Assembly: GCA_051746725.1 (NCBI GenBank)
Contig: JBNJFI010000002.1
Span: forward strand, 11,844 to 75,843
Direction: 5' to 3'
Length of the DNA: 64,000 bases
From: Fusobacteriota bacterium
Lineage (GTDB): Bacteria; Fusobacteriota; Fusobacteriia; Fusobacteriales; JBNJFI01
In this document: one piece after another, positions 10,652-20,716 of the stretch
Position numbering within the stretch: the first letter of the stretch is position 1
Layout of the letters: each line of letters opens with the position of its first letter
Notes under the pieces: model-generated
Databases searched by the model: none
Seen by the model: only the letters and a program-made list of their open reading frames with translations
What the model was told of the DNA's origin: nothing
Position numbers and translations under genes: made by a program

Positions 10652-12109
10652 ATGAATTTAAATGAATTATCAGCTTATGAAATAAGAGAAAAAATAAAAA
10701 ATAAGGAAATTAAAGTTTTTGATCTTATTTCTGAAATATTCACCAAAATTGAAAATACAGATGATGAAATAGGAAGTTTTGTTTATTTACGAAAAGAAAA
10801 AGCCCTTGAAGAAGCAAAACAGGTAGATAAGAAAATAGAAAATGGAAAACCTTTAAGAGAATTAGAAGGTATTCCAGTTGCATTGAAAGACAATATGGTT
10901 TCAAAAGGAGATCTTTCAACTTCTGGATCTAAAATTCTATATAATTATGAGGGAATTTATGACGGTACTGTTACTAAACGATTAAAAGATTCAGGTGCGA
11001 TTATAATTGGAAAAACTAATATGGACGAATTTGCCATGGGATCTTCTACAGAAACTTCATATGCAAAACAAACATCAAATCCATGGGATACTAATAGAAT
11101 ACCAGGAGGATCAAGTGGAGGAGCAGCAGCTTCAGTTGCAGCATCTCAATCTTTAATATCTTTAGGTTCTGATACAGGAGGAAGTATAAGACAACCAGCA
11201 TCTTTATGTGGAGTTGTTGGATTAAAGCCGACATATGGACGAGTTTCGAGATATGGTTTAATGGCTTTTGCTTCTTCATTGGATCAAATTGGACCGATAA
11301 CAAAAAATGTACAAGATGCTGCTTTGACTATGAATACTATTGCAGGATATGATCCTAATGATTCTACTTCTGTGGATATTGAAACTCCTGATTATACAAA
11401 GGACCTAGATAAAGATATAAAGGGGATGAAAATAGGTGTTCCTAAAGAATATTTTGTAGATGGAATGGATAAAGGAGTCAAAAAAGTTATTCAAGATTCT
11501 ATAGATAAATATAAAGAATTAGGGGCAGAAATAATAGACATTTCATTACCTCATACTAAATATGCTACGGAAACATATTATATCATTGCTCCTGCTGAAG
11601 CTAGTGCCAATTTATCACGTTATGATGGAGTTAGATATGGATATCGATCTGAAAAGTTCAAAGATTTAATTGATATGTATGTTAAATCTAGAAGTGAAGG
11701 ATTTGGACCAGAAGTTAAACGAAGAATAATGATAGGTACTTATGTTTTGAGTTCTGGATATTATGATGCATATTACAAAAAAGCTCAAAAAGTTAGATCT
11801 TTAATCAAAAAAGATTTTGATGATGCATTTGAAAAAGTAGATTTAATATTGACCCCTACTTCGCCTTCAGTAGCTTTTAAAAAAGGTGAAAAGACTGATG
11901 ATCCAATAAAAATGTATTTATCTGATATATTTACAATATCGGCAAACTTGGCTGGGATTCCTGGATTATCTATTCCTGCAGGATTATCTGATGGACTTCC
12001 TGTTGGAGTTCAACTTCTAGGAAAACCTTTTGATGAAAAAACTCTTTTAAATGCTGGTTATAAATTTGAGCAAAAAAGAGGAGACTTTAAACTACCGGAG
12101 GTTGATTAA
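10652..12109 (+). CDS. gatA: Asp/Glu-tRNA amidotransferase subunit A
   Basis: GKTNMDEFAMGSS, PGGSSGG, GSDTGGSIRQPA, EVKRRIMIGTY. Confidence 0.97.
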   Translation: MNLNELSAYEIREKIKNKEIKVFDLISEIFTKIENTDDEIGSFVYLRKEKALEEAKQVDKKIENGKPLRELEGIPVALKDNMVSKGDLSTSGSKILYNYEGIYDGTVTKRLKDSGAIIIGKTNMDEFAMGSSTETSYAKQTSNPWDTNRIPGGSSGGAAASVAASQSLISLGSDTGGSIRQPASLCGVVGLKPTYGRVSRYGLMAFASSLDQIGPITKNVQDAALTMNTIAGYDPNDSTSVDIETPDYTKDLDKDIKGMKIGVPKEYFVDGMDKGVKKVIQDSIDKYKELGAEIIDISLPHTKYATETYYIIAPAEASANLSRYDGVRYGYRSEKFKDLIDMYVKSRSEGFGPEVKRRIMIGTYVLSSGYYDAYYKKAQKVRSLIKKDFDDAFEKVDLILTPTSPSVAFKKGEKTDDPIKMYLSDIFTISANLAGIPGLSIPAGLSDGLPVGVQLLGKPFDEKTLLNAGYKFEQKRGDFKLPEVD

Positions 12110-12110
12110 A

Positions 12111-12668
12111 ATGGAAAATTTAATAACAGAAAAAATTGCTAGTAAAAAAAATATAAAATCATTTTCAATAGCTTTTGGAATAACTTTAATAATTCCTTGG
12201 GTTGTTCATGTTATGGGACTTTTTATGAATTTAAGTGACCCCACTTTTTTGGGAAAGACTTTTTTGCCAATGCACATAGGTGTTTTTATAGGTGCTATGA
12301 TGTTTGGCCCTGTCATAGGAGGATTAGTCGGACTATTAGCTCCTATTACAAGTATGGCCGTTACAGGAATGCCAATTGCTTCTCCTTTTCCTATGGTTCA
12401 GATAATGACCATTGAATTAATGGTTTATGGTTTAGTAAGTGGATTTGTTTATCAAAAAAGCAAAAAAGAATATCTATCATTAGTTTTAGGTATGATTTCA
12501 GGTAGAGCTATTCTATTTTTAATCTTATCAATGGGGTTAATTGGAATTAATAATCCAAATTTCTCATCATTTTCTTTTATCAAAGGTGGTATAGCAACAG
12601 GTGGAATAGGATTATTAATTCAATTAATTATGATACCTATAATTATAAAAAAAATAAATAAAAAATAA
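12111..12668 (+). CDS. ECF transporter S-component-like membrane protein
   Basis: About 5-6 TM helices with FLPMHIGVFIGAMMFGPVIGGLVGLLAP. Start taken as the ATG at 12111 after GGAGG. Confidence 0.75.
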   Translation: MENLITEKIASKKNIKSFSIAFGITLIIPWVVHVMGLFMNLSDPTFLGKTFLPMHIGVFIGAMMFGPVIGGLVGLLAPITSMAVTGMPIASPFPMVQIMTIELMVYGLVSGFVYQKSKKEYLSLVLGMISGRAILFLILSMGLIGINNPNFSSFSFIKGGIATGGIGLLIQLIMIPIIIKKINKK

Positions 12669-12682
12669 CAGGAGGTTTATAT

Positions 12683-14125
12683 ATGGCTGTTGAATATGAA
12701 GCAGTAATAGGTTTAGAAGTGCATGTTCAATTACAAACTAAAACTAAAATATTTTGTGGATGTAGTACCGATTATGATGGTGCAGAACCTAACACTCATA
12801 CATGTCCAATTTGTTTAGGACACCCAGGAGTTTTACCAAAATTAAATGAAAATGCATTCGAATTTGCAGTAAAAGGTGGATTGGCATTAAATTGTGATAT
12901 AAATAGAAACAGTAAATTTGATAGAAAAAATTATTTTTATCCTGATAATCCTAAAGCTTATCAGATAACACAATTTGATAAACCATATGCTGAAAATGGA
13001 CACATAGACATAAAATTAAATAGTGGCAGAGAAGCAAGAATTGGAGTTACTCGGATTCACATGGAAGAAGATGCTGGAAAATTAATTCATAGTTCCTTTG
13101 CAGATGAAAGTTACGTTAATCTAAATAGAGCTGGAGTACCTCTTATAGAAATAGTATCAGAGCCAGACATGAGAACGTCAGAGGAAGCTTATGCATATTT
13201 AAATAAATTAAAAACTGCTATAAAATATACTGGAATAAGTGATGTCAGTATGGAGAATGGTTCTCTAAGATGTGATGCTAATGTTTCAATTAGACCAAAA
13301 GGACAAAAAGAGTTTGGAACCAGAACTGAAACTAAAAACCTAAACTCTTTTAAAGCTGTAGCACGAGCTATTGATTATGAGATCGATAGACAAGCTGAAA
13401 TTTTGGACTCTGGTGGTACTATAGACCAAGAAACTAGACTTTGGGATGATGATAAGGGAATTACACGAACTATGAGAAGCAAAGAAGAAGCTCATGATTA
13501 TAGATATTTTCCTGAGCCTGATCTAGTTGAAATTGAATTATCAGAAGAAAAATTTGAAAAACTAAAATCTGAAATGCCTGAATTTCCAAAGGAAAAAGTT
13601 ACAAGATTTATTAAAGAATATGAAATACCTGAATATGATGCCAATGTTTTGGCAGCAGAAAGAGAACTTGCAGATTATTATGAAGAAGTAGTTAAATCTT
13701 CTGAAGATGCTAAAATTTCAAGTAACTGGGTTATGACTGAAGTTTTAAGAGTATTGAAAGATGAGCAGATAGATATTGATCAGTTTGCAATTTCTGGAAA
13801 AAGATTAGGAAAGATTATTTCTCTAATAAATAAGGGAACAATAAGTAGTAAGATAGCTAAAAAGCTTTTTGATAAGATGTTATCTGATGATAGAGATCCA
13901 GAAATAATAGTAAAAGAAGAGGGAATGATACAGATTTCTGATACTGGAAAATTAGAAAGCATTGTAGATAAAGTATTAGAAGAAAATCCTCAGTCCGTAT
14001 CTGATTATAAAGGTGGTAAGAAAAAAGCTAAGGGATTTTTAGTTGGACAAGTAATGAAAGAAACACGGGGTAAAGCTAATCCTCAAATGGTTAATAAGAT
14101 GTTAGCTAAAAAATTAGAAAACTAA
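12683..14125 (+). CDS. gatB: Asp/Glu-tRNA amidotransferase subunit B
   Basis: VIGLEVHVQL, FDRKNYFYPD, RIHMEEDAGK, DYRYFPEPDL, GQVMKETRGKANP. Confidence 0.97.
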   Translation: MAVEYEAVIGLEVHVQLQTKTKIFCGCSTDYDGAEPNTHTCPICLGHPGVLPKLNENAFEFAVKGGLALNCDINRNSKFDRKNYFYPDNPKAYQITQFDKPYAENGHIDIKLNSGREARIGVTRIHMEEDAGKLIHSSFADESYVNLNRAGVPLIEIVSEPDMRTSEEAYAYLNKLKTAIKYTGISDVSMENGSLRCDANVSIRPKGQKEFGTRTETKNLNSFKAVARAIDYEIDRQAEILDSGGTIDQETRLWDDDKGITRTMRSKEEAHDYRYFPEPDLVEIELSEEKFEKLKSEMPEFPKEKVTRFIKEYEIPEYDANVLAAERELADYYEEVVKSSEDAKISSNWVMTEVLRVLKDEQIDIDQFAISGKRLGKIISLINKGTISSKIAKKLFDKMLSDDRDPEIIVKEEGMIQISDTGKLESIVDKVLEENPQSVSDYKGGKKKAKGFLVGQVMKETRGKANPQMVNKMLAKKLEN

Positions 14126-14129
14126 TCAA

Positions 14130-14157
14130 AAAAGCACAGGATATTTCCTGTGCTTTT
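14130..14157 (+). terminator. Intrinsic terminator after gatB
   Basis: AAAAGCACAGGA-TATT-TCCTGTGCTTTT, 5 nt after the stop. Confidence 0.8.
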
Positions 14158-14193
14158 AAATAATCGTTTAAAAAATAAAGATAAGGAGAATTT

Positions 14194-15114
14194 ATGAAAA
14201 AAATATTTATTTTGTTTACTTTTTTAAATTTATTTAATTTTTCAAGTGCTTTGACTATATTGGCGCCAAAAGCTCCTCCAACACTTGCTTTATTGAAAGT
14301 TGCTAATGAAAATGAAGATATCAAAGTGCAGTTTTATACTAATGCTGCAACTGAAGTAATTCCTAAAATAATAAAAGACGAAGAATTTCTGTATATTCTT
14401 CCAACCAATGTTGCATCTAAGCTTTATAATAAAGGAAAAAAACTTAAGTTATTAGGTATCACAAGTTTTGGAATAGTACATTTATTGTCAAATGATGAAA
14501 GTGTAGAAAGTATTTTTGATATCAATGAAAAATCTATTTATATTGGTGCACAGGGGTCCTCTCCAGATGTTATTTCCAGATATATTTTGGATAAAAATAA
14601 TATAAAACCCAATATAAAATATAGAACATCTCAAGAAATAGCTAAGCTTTTAATTACTGGAAAAATAGAAAATGCTATACTTCCGGAACCACTGGCTAGT
14701 CTAGCAAACTTCAAGGGTAAAGACACTAAGAGAGTTAGCGATTTAACCCAAGAATGGATTAAAATTAATTCTAAATCAAGAGGAATTCCTCAAGTAGCTT
14801 TAGTAGGTAATCAAAACTTCATAAATAATAATAATGATATAATTAAAAGATTGGAATCTCAATACAAAAAAGCTGTTGATTATATAAAGATCAATAATAA
14901 CAAAGATTTAGAGGTTGCCAAAAAAGGTAAGAAAGATTTAGATTTAAATATACCTGATTCAGTTATGCAAAATTCTATAAAAAAAATGAATTTAGTTTAT
15001 ATTAAAGGGAATCAATCCAAAAAAGAAATTTTAAATTATCTAGAAGAGCTTAAAGATATGGAACCAAATAGCATTGGAGGAAATTTACCTAATGAAGACT
15101 TCTTCATGGAATAA
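14194..15114 (+). CDS. NitT/TauT (SsuA-like) ABC transporter substrate-binding protein
   Basis: Signal peptide, APKAPPT, GSSPDVI, AILPEP; clustered with a permease and an ATPase. Confidence 0.8.
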   Translation: MKKIFILFTFLNLFNFSSALTILAPKAPPTLALLKVANENEDIKVQFYTNAATEVIPKIIKDEEFLYILPTNVASKLYNKGKKLKLLGITSFGIVHLLSNDESVESIFDINEKSIYIGAQGSSPDVISRYILDKNNIKPNIKYRTSQEIAKLLITGKIENAILPEPLASLANFKGKDTKRVSDLTQEWIKINSKSRGIPQVALVGNQNFINNNNDIIKRLESQYKKAVDYIKINNNKDLEVAKKGKKDLDLNIPDSVMQNSIKKMNLVYIKGNQSKKEILNYLEELKDMEPNSIGGNLPNEDFFME

Positions 15115-15829
15115 AATCATATTATATTTAGTTATCTTGATGTTATGGGAGGGACTATCTTCTTTTACAGATCCTATAGTTCTGCCTTCTCCCATAATCG
15201 TAGCTAAAAAGCTAATTTTTATTCTCATTGAATTTAACTCTTGGAAATTAATTGGAATTACATTACTTAGAACCTTTTTTGGAATTACAATTTCACTTAC
15301 TCTAGGGATATTTTTAGGAATAGTTTCTGGAATATATAGAAAATTATCTGGATTAACATCAGTCTTAACATATATTCAATCTATACCTATCATATCGTGG
15401 TTATTATTAGCTTTAATTTGGTTTGAAAATAGATATATTCCCACTATTATTATTATATTTTCAACTATGCCAATAATTGCTATTAATATTCATGAAGGAA
15501 TATTAAATATAGATAAAAAAATACTTGAGATGGCTAGTATTTATAAAGTTAATAACAAAAAAGTTATTAAAGATATTTACGTACCATCAATTATTCCATA
15601 TTTTTTTTCAAGTCTAAAGATAATTCTGGGACTCGCTTTAAAAGTTTCAGTTATGGCGGAGGTTATTGCAAAGGTTTCAAATGGAATTGGAGAAAGATTA
15701 AATTGGGCATGGTTAAATATAAATATCGATAATATAATAGCTTGGACAATAATTATTGTAAGCGTAACTTTTTTGAATAAATATATAATTTTAAATATTT
15801 TTAATAAAAAATTGGAGAAATTTATATGA
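15092..15829 (+). CDS. NitT/TauT ABC transporter permease
   Basis: LPSPIIV, QSIPIISW, EMASIY, IYVPSIIPY, VMAEV. Start moved to the ATG at 15092 behind GGAGG. Confidence 0.85.
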   Translation: MKTSSWNKIILYLVILMLWEGLSSFTDPIVLPSPIIVAKKLIFILIEFNSWKLIGITLLRTFFGITISLTLGIFLGIVSGIYRKLSGLTSVLTYIQSIPIISWLLLALIWFENRYIPTIIIIFSTMPIIAINIHEGILNIDKKILEMASIYKVNNKKVIKDIYVPSIIPYFFSSLKIILGLALKVSVMAEVIAKVSNGIGERLNWAWLNINIDNIIAWTIIIVSVTFLNKYIILNIFNKKLEKFI

Positions 15830-16527
15830 TAGACATAAAAAATCTTTATAAAAACTATGGAAATTTAACTGTCTTTAATAATTTTAATTTGAAAATCAAA
15901 AAAAATCAATTATCAGTTATATTAGGTCCTTCAGGAAGTGGAAAAACAACTTTATTAAATATTTTAGCAGGATTAGATAAAAACTTTGAAGGTAAAATTA
16001 TATCAGATTATAAAAATATTAGCTATGTATTTCAAGAAGACAGATTGCTCAATTGGAAAACTATTAGAGAAAACATAAATTTTGTTTTTAATGATAAAGC
16101 TTTAATTGAAAAATATAAGCATATAGATAAAATTTTAAAAATACTAGAACTAGATAAAATTCAAAATAAGCTTGTAAAAAATTTAAGCGGTGGTGAAAGA
16201 CAAAGGGTTTCTATTGCACGAGCCTTTGCGTATCCTTCTGATTTAATATTAATGGATGAACCATTTAAATCATTAGACATGTTTTTAAAAATAAAAATTT
16301 TTAAAAATTTTATCCATCTTTTGGAAAATCAAAATAAGACTATATTATTGGTAACTCATGATATAAAAGAAGCTTTAATTTTAGGAGATGTTATTCACGT
16401 TTTCTCGTCTATAAAGAATAATGATTTTAAGAGTTTTGAGGTAAATATAGACAAAAAAGATAGAAAATTAGAAAACCAAAGTATTTTAAATTTAGAAAAG
16501 GAAATTTATAAATATTTAAAGATATAA
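15826..16527 (+). CDS. NitT/TauT ABC transporter ATP-binding protein
   Basis: GPSGSGKTT, VFQEDRLLNW, LSGGERQRV, MDEPFKSLD, VTHD. Confidence 0.9.
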   Translation: MIDIKNLYKNYGNLTVFNNFNLKIKKNQLSVILGPSGSGKTTLLNILAGLDKNFEGKIISDYKNISYVFQEDRLLNWKTIRENINFVFNDKALIEKYKHIDKILKILELDKIQNKLVKNLSGGERQRVSIARAFAYPSDLILMDEPFKSLDMFLKIKIFKNFIHLLENQNKTILLVTHDIKEALILGDVIHVFSSIKNNDFKSFEVNIDKKDRKLENQSILNLEKEIYKYLKI

Positions 16528-16607
16528 TGATATATCTCGACAGTGAACTTTAATATTTTAAGTTTTTACTTAAAATTTATACTTATTTAAATCAAAAGGA
16601 GTAAAGA

Positions 16608-17456
16608 ATGATTAAGTTAGGAAAAAAACAAAAATTAGAAGTATCTCATCTAGTAGATTTTGGAGCATATTTAACTTCAAAGGAAGATGAGGAAGAAGAA
16701 GAAATATTATTACCTAAAAATCAAATGCCAGAAGATCTTAAAGAAGGAGATTTAATCGATGTTTTTATATATAAAGACTCAGAAGATCGATTAATAGCAA
16801 CATGTAAAGAACCAGAAGCAGAAGTTGGAGATCTTGCTTGGCTTGAGGTAAAGGATAATACAGATATTGGGACTTTTTTATATTGGGGATTGGAAAAAGA
16901 TCTTTTTGTACCATTTGAAGAACAAAATTTTGATATGAAAGAAGGTAATTATTACTTGGTATATGTTTATGTAGATGAATATACAGAGAGATTATGTGCA
17001 ACCACTAGAATATATGATTATCTTTCAAGTAATTCAGATTATAAAAAAAATGATATGGTAGACGGAACAGTTTATAAAGTCGTTCCAGAAATTGGTGCTT
17101 TTGTAGCAATCGACGATAAATATTTTGGGTTAATTCCTAAGAATGAATATTTTAAAAATTTAAAAGGGGGACAAAAACTAAAAGATCTAAGGGTTATACG
17201 AGTAAGAGAAGATGGAAAATTAGATGTAACTTTAAGAAAGTTAAAACAAAACCAAATTGACATTGATGCTGACATGCTATATGAATATATGCAATCTAAT
17301 GATGGTATATTAGAACTACATGATAAAAGCTCACCTCATGATATAAGAAAAAAATTCAAAATAAGCAAAAATGCTTTTAAAAGAGCTGTAGGAAGATTAT
17401 TAAAAGAAAGAAAAATTACAAAGCTCGAAAAAGGATTTAAAATAACAGATAATTAA
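16608..17456 (+). CDS. cvfB: CvfB/YitL family S1 RNA-binding protein
   Basis: DFGAYL, VFIYKDSEDR, WGLEKDLFVP, and C-terminal winged helix DKSSPHDIRKKFKISKNAFKRAVGRL. Confidence 0.88.
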   Translation: MIKLGKKQKLEVSHLVDFGAYLTSKEDEEEEEILLPKNQMPEDLKEGDLIDVFIYKDSEDRLIATCKEPEAEVGDLAWLEVKDNTDIGTFLYWGLEKDLFVPFEEQNFDMKEGNYYLVYVYVDEYTERLCATTRIYDYLSSNSDYKKNDMVDGTVYKVVPEIGAFVAIDDKYFGLIPKNEYFKNLKGGQKLKDLRVIRVREDGKLDVTLRKLKQNQIDIDADMLYEYMQSNDGILELHDKSSPHDIRKKFKISKNAFKRAVGRLLKERKITKLEKGFKITDN

Positions 17457-17476
17457 AATTAAAGGTAGGTGTAAGT

Positions 17477-18955
17477 ATGAAATACATTAGTACTCGTGGA
17501 AATATTGATCCTATAGAAGGATCTGAGGCAATAGTCTTAGGAATGGTTCCAGATGGAGGTCTTTTTATTCCTGAATCAATTCCAAAAGTATCTAGAAAAG
17601 AACTAAATCAAATGAAAAATTTTAGTTACCAAGATCTTACAAAAAAAATATTTGCTAAATTTCTTACAAATTTTAGTTCTGGTGAAATAGAAAAAGCTGT
17701 TCATGGAGCTTATAATACACAAAATTTCGATGATAAGGATTTAACTCCATTGAAAAAAATTAATGATGATTTATATATTATGGAGTTATGGCACGGACCA
17801 ACTGCTGCCTTTAAAGATATGGCCTTACAAATAATGCCTTATCTATTAAATATTTCAAAACAGAAAAATAGCAACTCAACTAAAACATTAATTTTAGTAG
17901 CAACCTCTGGAGATACAGGGAAAGCAGCGTTAGAAGGATTTAAAAATTTAGAGGGTATAGAAATAATAGTTTTTTATCCCGAAGGAGGAGTAAGTAAGGT
18001 TCAAAATCTTCAAATGAATACTACAACAGGAGATAATACTTCAGTTATGTCTGTAGTGGGGAATTTTGATGATTGTCAAACCAGTGTCAAAAATATTTTT
18101 CAAGATAAGGAATTTAATAAAAAAATCTCTAAATATGGATATAATTTATCGTCGGCAAATTCTATAAACTGGGGAAGATTATTACCACAAATTATCTATT
18201 ATTTTAAAGGATACTACGATCTTGTTCAGAAAAATGCTATTGAATATGGAGATAAGATAAACTTTTCTGTTCCAACTGGAAATTTTGGGGATATACTTGG
18301 GGGATATTATGCAAAAAAGATGGGCTTGCCGATAAATAAATTAGTTTGTGCATCAAACAAAAATAAAATTTTAACTGACTTTTTAAAAACTGGAATATAT
18401 GACACTCAAAGAACCTTCCATAAAACAATGTCACCATCAATGGATATACTAGTATCATCAAATTTGGAAAGATTCTTATTTGAAATATCAGAACATAATT
18501 CTGATATGATAAAAAGATTATATTCTGATTTAAAAAATACAGGAAAATTTGAAGTGAGCCAGGATATCTTAGAAAGAATACATAAAGTAATGGTTGGAGG
18601 CTTTACTGACGAAAAAGCAACTTTAGATACTATTAAATCTGAATATAATAAGTCTGCGTATTTATTAGATACTCATACTGCAGTAGCTGTAAATGTTGCT
18701 AAAAAATTAAAATCATATTTGGGAAATATCACGATTGTTAATTCAACTGCTAATCCTTATAAATTCAGTAAAAATGTCTTAAAAGCATTAGGCAAAAAAG
18801 AAGAAGATGGAATTGTAGCTGTCAAAAAATTAAATGAAATTACTAAAATGGACATTCATAGAGCAGTTAAAGGAATTGAAACAAAAAAGATTTTACATGA
18901 AAAAACAATTAAGCCTACAGAAATAAAGAAAAGTATTATAGATATTCTAGAGTAA
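17477..18955 (+). CDS. thrC: Threonine synthase
   Basis: YISTRG, ELWHGPTAAFKD (PLP Lys), ATSGDTGKAA, SANSINWGRL, VPTGNFGD. Confidence 0.95.
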   Translation: MKYISTRGNIDPIEGSEAIVLGMVPDGGLFIPESIPKVSRKELNQMKNFSYQDLTKKIFAKFLTNFSSGEIEKAVHGAYNTQNFDDKDLTPLKKINDDLYIMELWHGPTAAFKDMALQIMPYLLNISKQKNSNSTKTLILVATSGDTGKAALEGFKNLEGIEIIVFYPEGGVSKVQNLQMNTTTGDNTSVMSVVGNFDDCQTSVKNIFQDKEFNKKISKYGYNLSSANSINWGRLLPQIIYYFKGYYDLVQKNAIEYGDKINFSVPTGNFGDILGGYYAKKMGLPINKLVCASNKNKILTDFLKTGIYDTQRTFHKTMSPSMDILVSSNLERFLFEISEHNSDMIKRLYSDLKNTGKFEVSQDILERIHKVMVGGFTDEKATLDTIKSEYNKSAYLLDTHTAVAVNVAKKLKSYLGNITIVNSTANPYKFSKNVLKALGKKEEDGIVAVKKLNEITKMDIHRAVKGIETKKILHEKTIKPTEIKKSIIDILE

Positions 18956-18963
18956 ACTTAGTA

Positions 18964-19003
18964 AAAACACCGGAACTTGAGTATACTCAAGTTCCGGTGT
19001 TTT
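18964..19003. terminator. Bidirectional terminator (perfect 40-bp palindrome) between convergent gene blocks
   Basis: AAAACACCGGAACTTGAGTA|TACTCAAGTTCCGGTGTTTT. Confidence 0.85.
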
Positions 19004-19045
19004 ATTATAAAATATAGGTAGATCGAAGTAAATAGAATTTTCTAA

Positions 19046-19073
19046 ATATTACATAACATACATTATCGGACGT
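19046..19073 (-). other. dif: dif site (Xer chromosome dimer resolution site)
   Basis: The minus strand reads ACGTCCGATAA-TGTATG-TTATGTAATAT (11-6-11), close to E. coli GGTGCGCATAA-TGTATA-TTATGTTAAAT. It lies exactly at the + to - gene-orientation switch. Confidence 0.85.
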
Positions 19074-19134
19074 AAAAACTTCTTTTAATATTGTTTTTCC
19101 CCTTTTTTGAATCACTCACTCTCTCCTACCTAAT

Positions 19135-19755
19135 TTAATACAAGTTTTTATGAATACTTGATAAAAATAAAGTTACATAAAATGGATTTTCCTGTTTAGA
19201 AAAATTAGTCATAGAAAACAATACTAATTCAATTATTGGTAAGTCTTCCTCATCCACTTTATCACACATATCATAAATTTTCTTTTCAATTTCTACTATT
19301 TTGGATTTAACAAATACTTCTGGTATAGCAATTTTTATCATATCATTAAAACTGGTATTTTCAGAGGCTCCATACTTTAATTGCTCTTTTGCCAATTGAA
19401 CATATTTTTCTATATCCTTTTTTGGCAATAAGAACTCATCATATTTATTTAAGAAGTAATCAAACTTTTTTAAAATATGATCTATTTCATGATTAGAAAA
19501 AAAGTCAGTAAATTTATTCTTTGTATTTGAAATATCTAAAATTAACTTCTCTTCTTCTTGTGAAACAATTCTAAGTATTTCTATATCTTCTAATTTTTTT
19601 AAATTATTAATTATTACCTTTTTTGAAAATCCAGTCTCCTCTGTTAGTTTATTCAAAGATATTTTAAACTTTGATTTTTCTTCTAAAATATCAAAATTCA
19701 AACTAGTTCTTAAAATATTATAAAAAGCTATTTCCTTTGAAGTATATCTGTCCAT
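19135..19755 (-). CDS. Hypothetical protein with an N-terminal winged helix-turn-helix
   Basis: ISLNKLTEETGFSKKVIINNLKKLEDIEIL HTH pattern; GAGGAG RBS; immediately downstream of dapF. Confidence 0.6.
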   Translation of the reverse strand: MDRYTSKEIAFYNILRTSLNFDILEEKSKFKISLNKLTEETGFSKKVIINNLKKLEDIEILRIVSQEEEKLILDISNTKNKFTDFFSNHEIDHILKKFDYFLNKYDEFLLPKKDIEKYVQLAKEQLKYGASENTSFNDMIKIAIPEVFVKSKIVEIEKKIYDMCDKVDEEDLPIIELVLFSMTNFSKQENPFYVTLFLSSIHKNLY

Positions 19756-19772
19756 TTAACTCATCTCCTCTA

Positions 19773-20630
19773 CTAAACTTTGATGGTCCCCTCGAAAACC
19801 AGAGTAGCAGGACCAGTTTTAAATATTTTATTAGTCTCTTTGTCCCATTCAATTGTCAAATCTCCACCTAGAAGGTGTATTTTAGCTTTTCGATCTGCTT
19901 TATCGTTTAAGACTGCAGCGACTAACGACGCCGATGCTCCTGTTCCACAGGCCAAAGTTTCGCCAGCTCCTCTTTCCCAAACTCTCATATTCATCTCATT
20001 CCTTGAAAGTACTTCTATAAATTCGATATTTGCTTTTTCTGGAAATCGTTGATGTTTTTCTAAAATAGGACCATATTCAAAAATATGCTCATCTGTTATT
20101 TTATCTACAAAAATAACTCCATGTGGATTTCCCATAGACACAACTGTTATTTCAAATTCTTTATCGCCAGCAGATATTTTTTCTGAAACACCATTTTTAT
20201 CAGAATCTTTGGAAATAAAAGGAACTTTTTTTGGATCTAAAATAGGTTGCCCCATATCTACCCGAACTGTATTAACTATACCATTTTCATCAGGATTTAC
20301 TTTAGGAATAATAGTTCCTGCTAAAGTTTCCACCTCAAATTGTTCTTTAGTTATAATATCATTGTCATATACAAATTTAGCATAACATCTAATTCCATTC
20401 CCACACATTTCAGGTTCGCTACCATCAGGATTGAAAATTCTAAATCTTATATCATGGGTATCTGAATTATTCACAACCATTAAGCCGTCTCCACCAATTC
20501 CAAAATGTCTATCACATACTTTCTCTGCCAAAGAACTATAATCTATATGACTTTTTATTTTTTCATCTCTATCATCTATAATTACAAAATCGTTCCCAGC
20601 ACCTTCTACTTTCGAAAAAATTATTTTCAT
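19773..20630 (-). CDS. dapF: Diaminopimelate epimerase
   Basis: GAGNDFV, EMCGNGIRC, SMGNPH, VWERGAGETLACGTGA. Confidence 0.97.
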   Translation of the reverse strand: MKIIFSKVEGAGNDFVIIDDRDEKIKSHIDYSSLAEKVCDRHFGIGGDGLMVVNNSDTHDIRFRIFNPDGSEPEMCGNGIRCYAKFVYDNDIITKEQFEVETLAGTIIPKVNPDENGIVNTVRVDMGQPILDPKKVPFISKDSDKNGVSEKISAGDKEFEITVVSMGNPHGVIFVDKITDEHIFEYGPILEKHQRFPEKANIEFIEVLSRNEMNMRVWERGAGETLACGTGASASLVAAVLNDKADRKAKIHLLGGDLTIEWDKETNKIFKTGPATLVFEGTIKV

Positions 20631-20716
20631 TATAAACCTCCTAATTTTTTATCTTATATTTAAGTGTAGCATATAAATTTTGATATTTCAATATTTATTA
20701 TAATTTATTTAATAAA

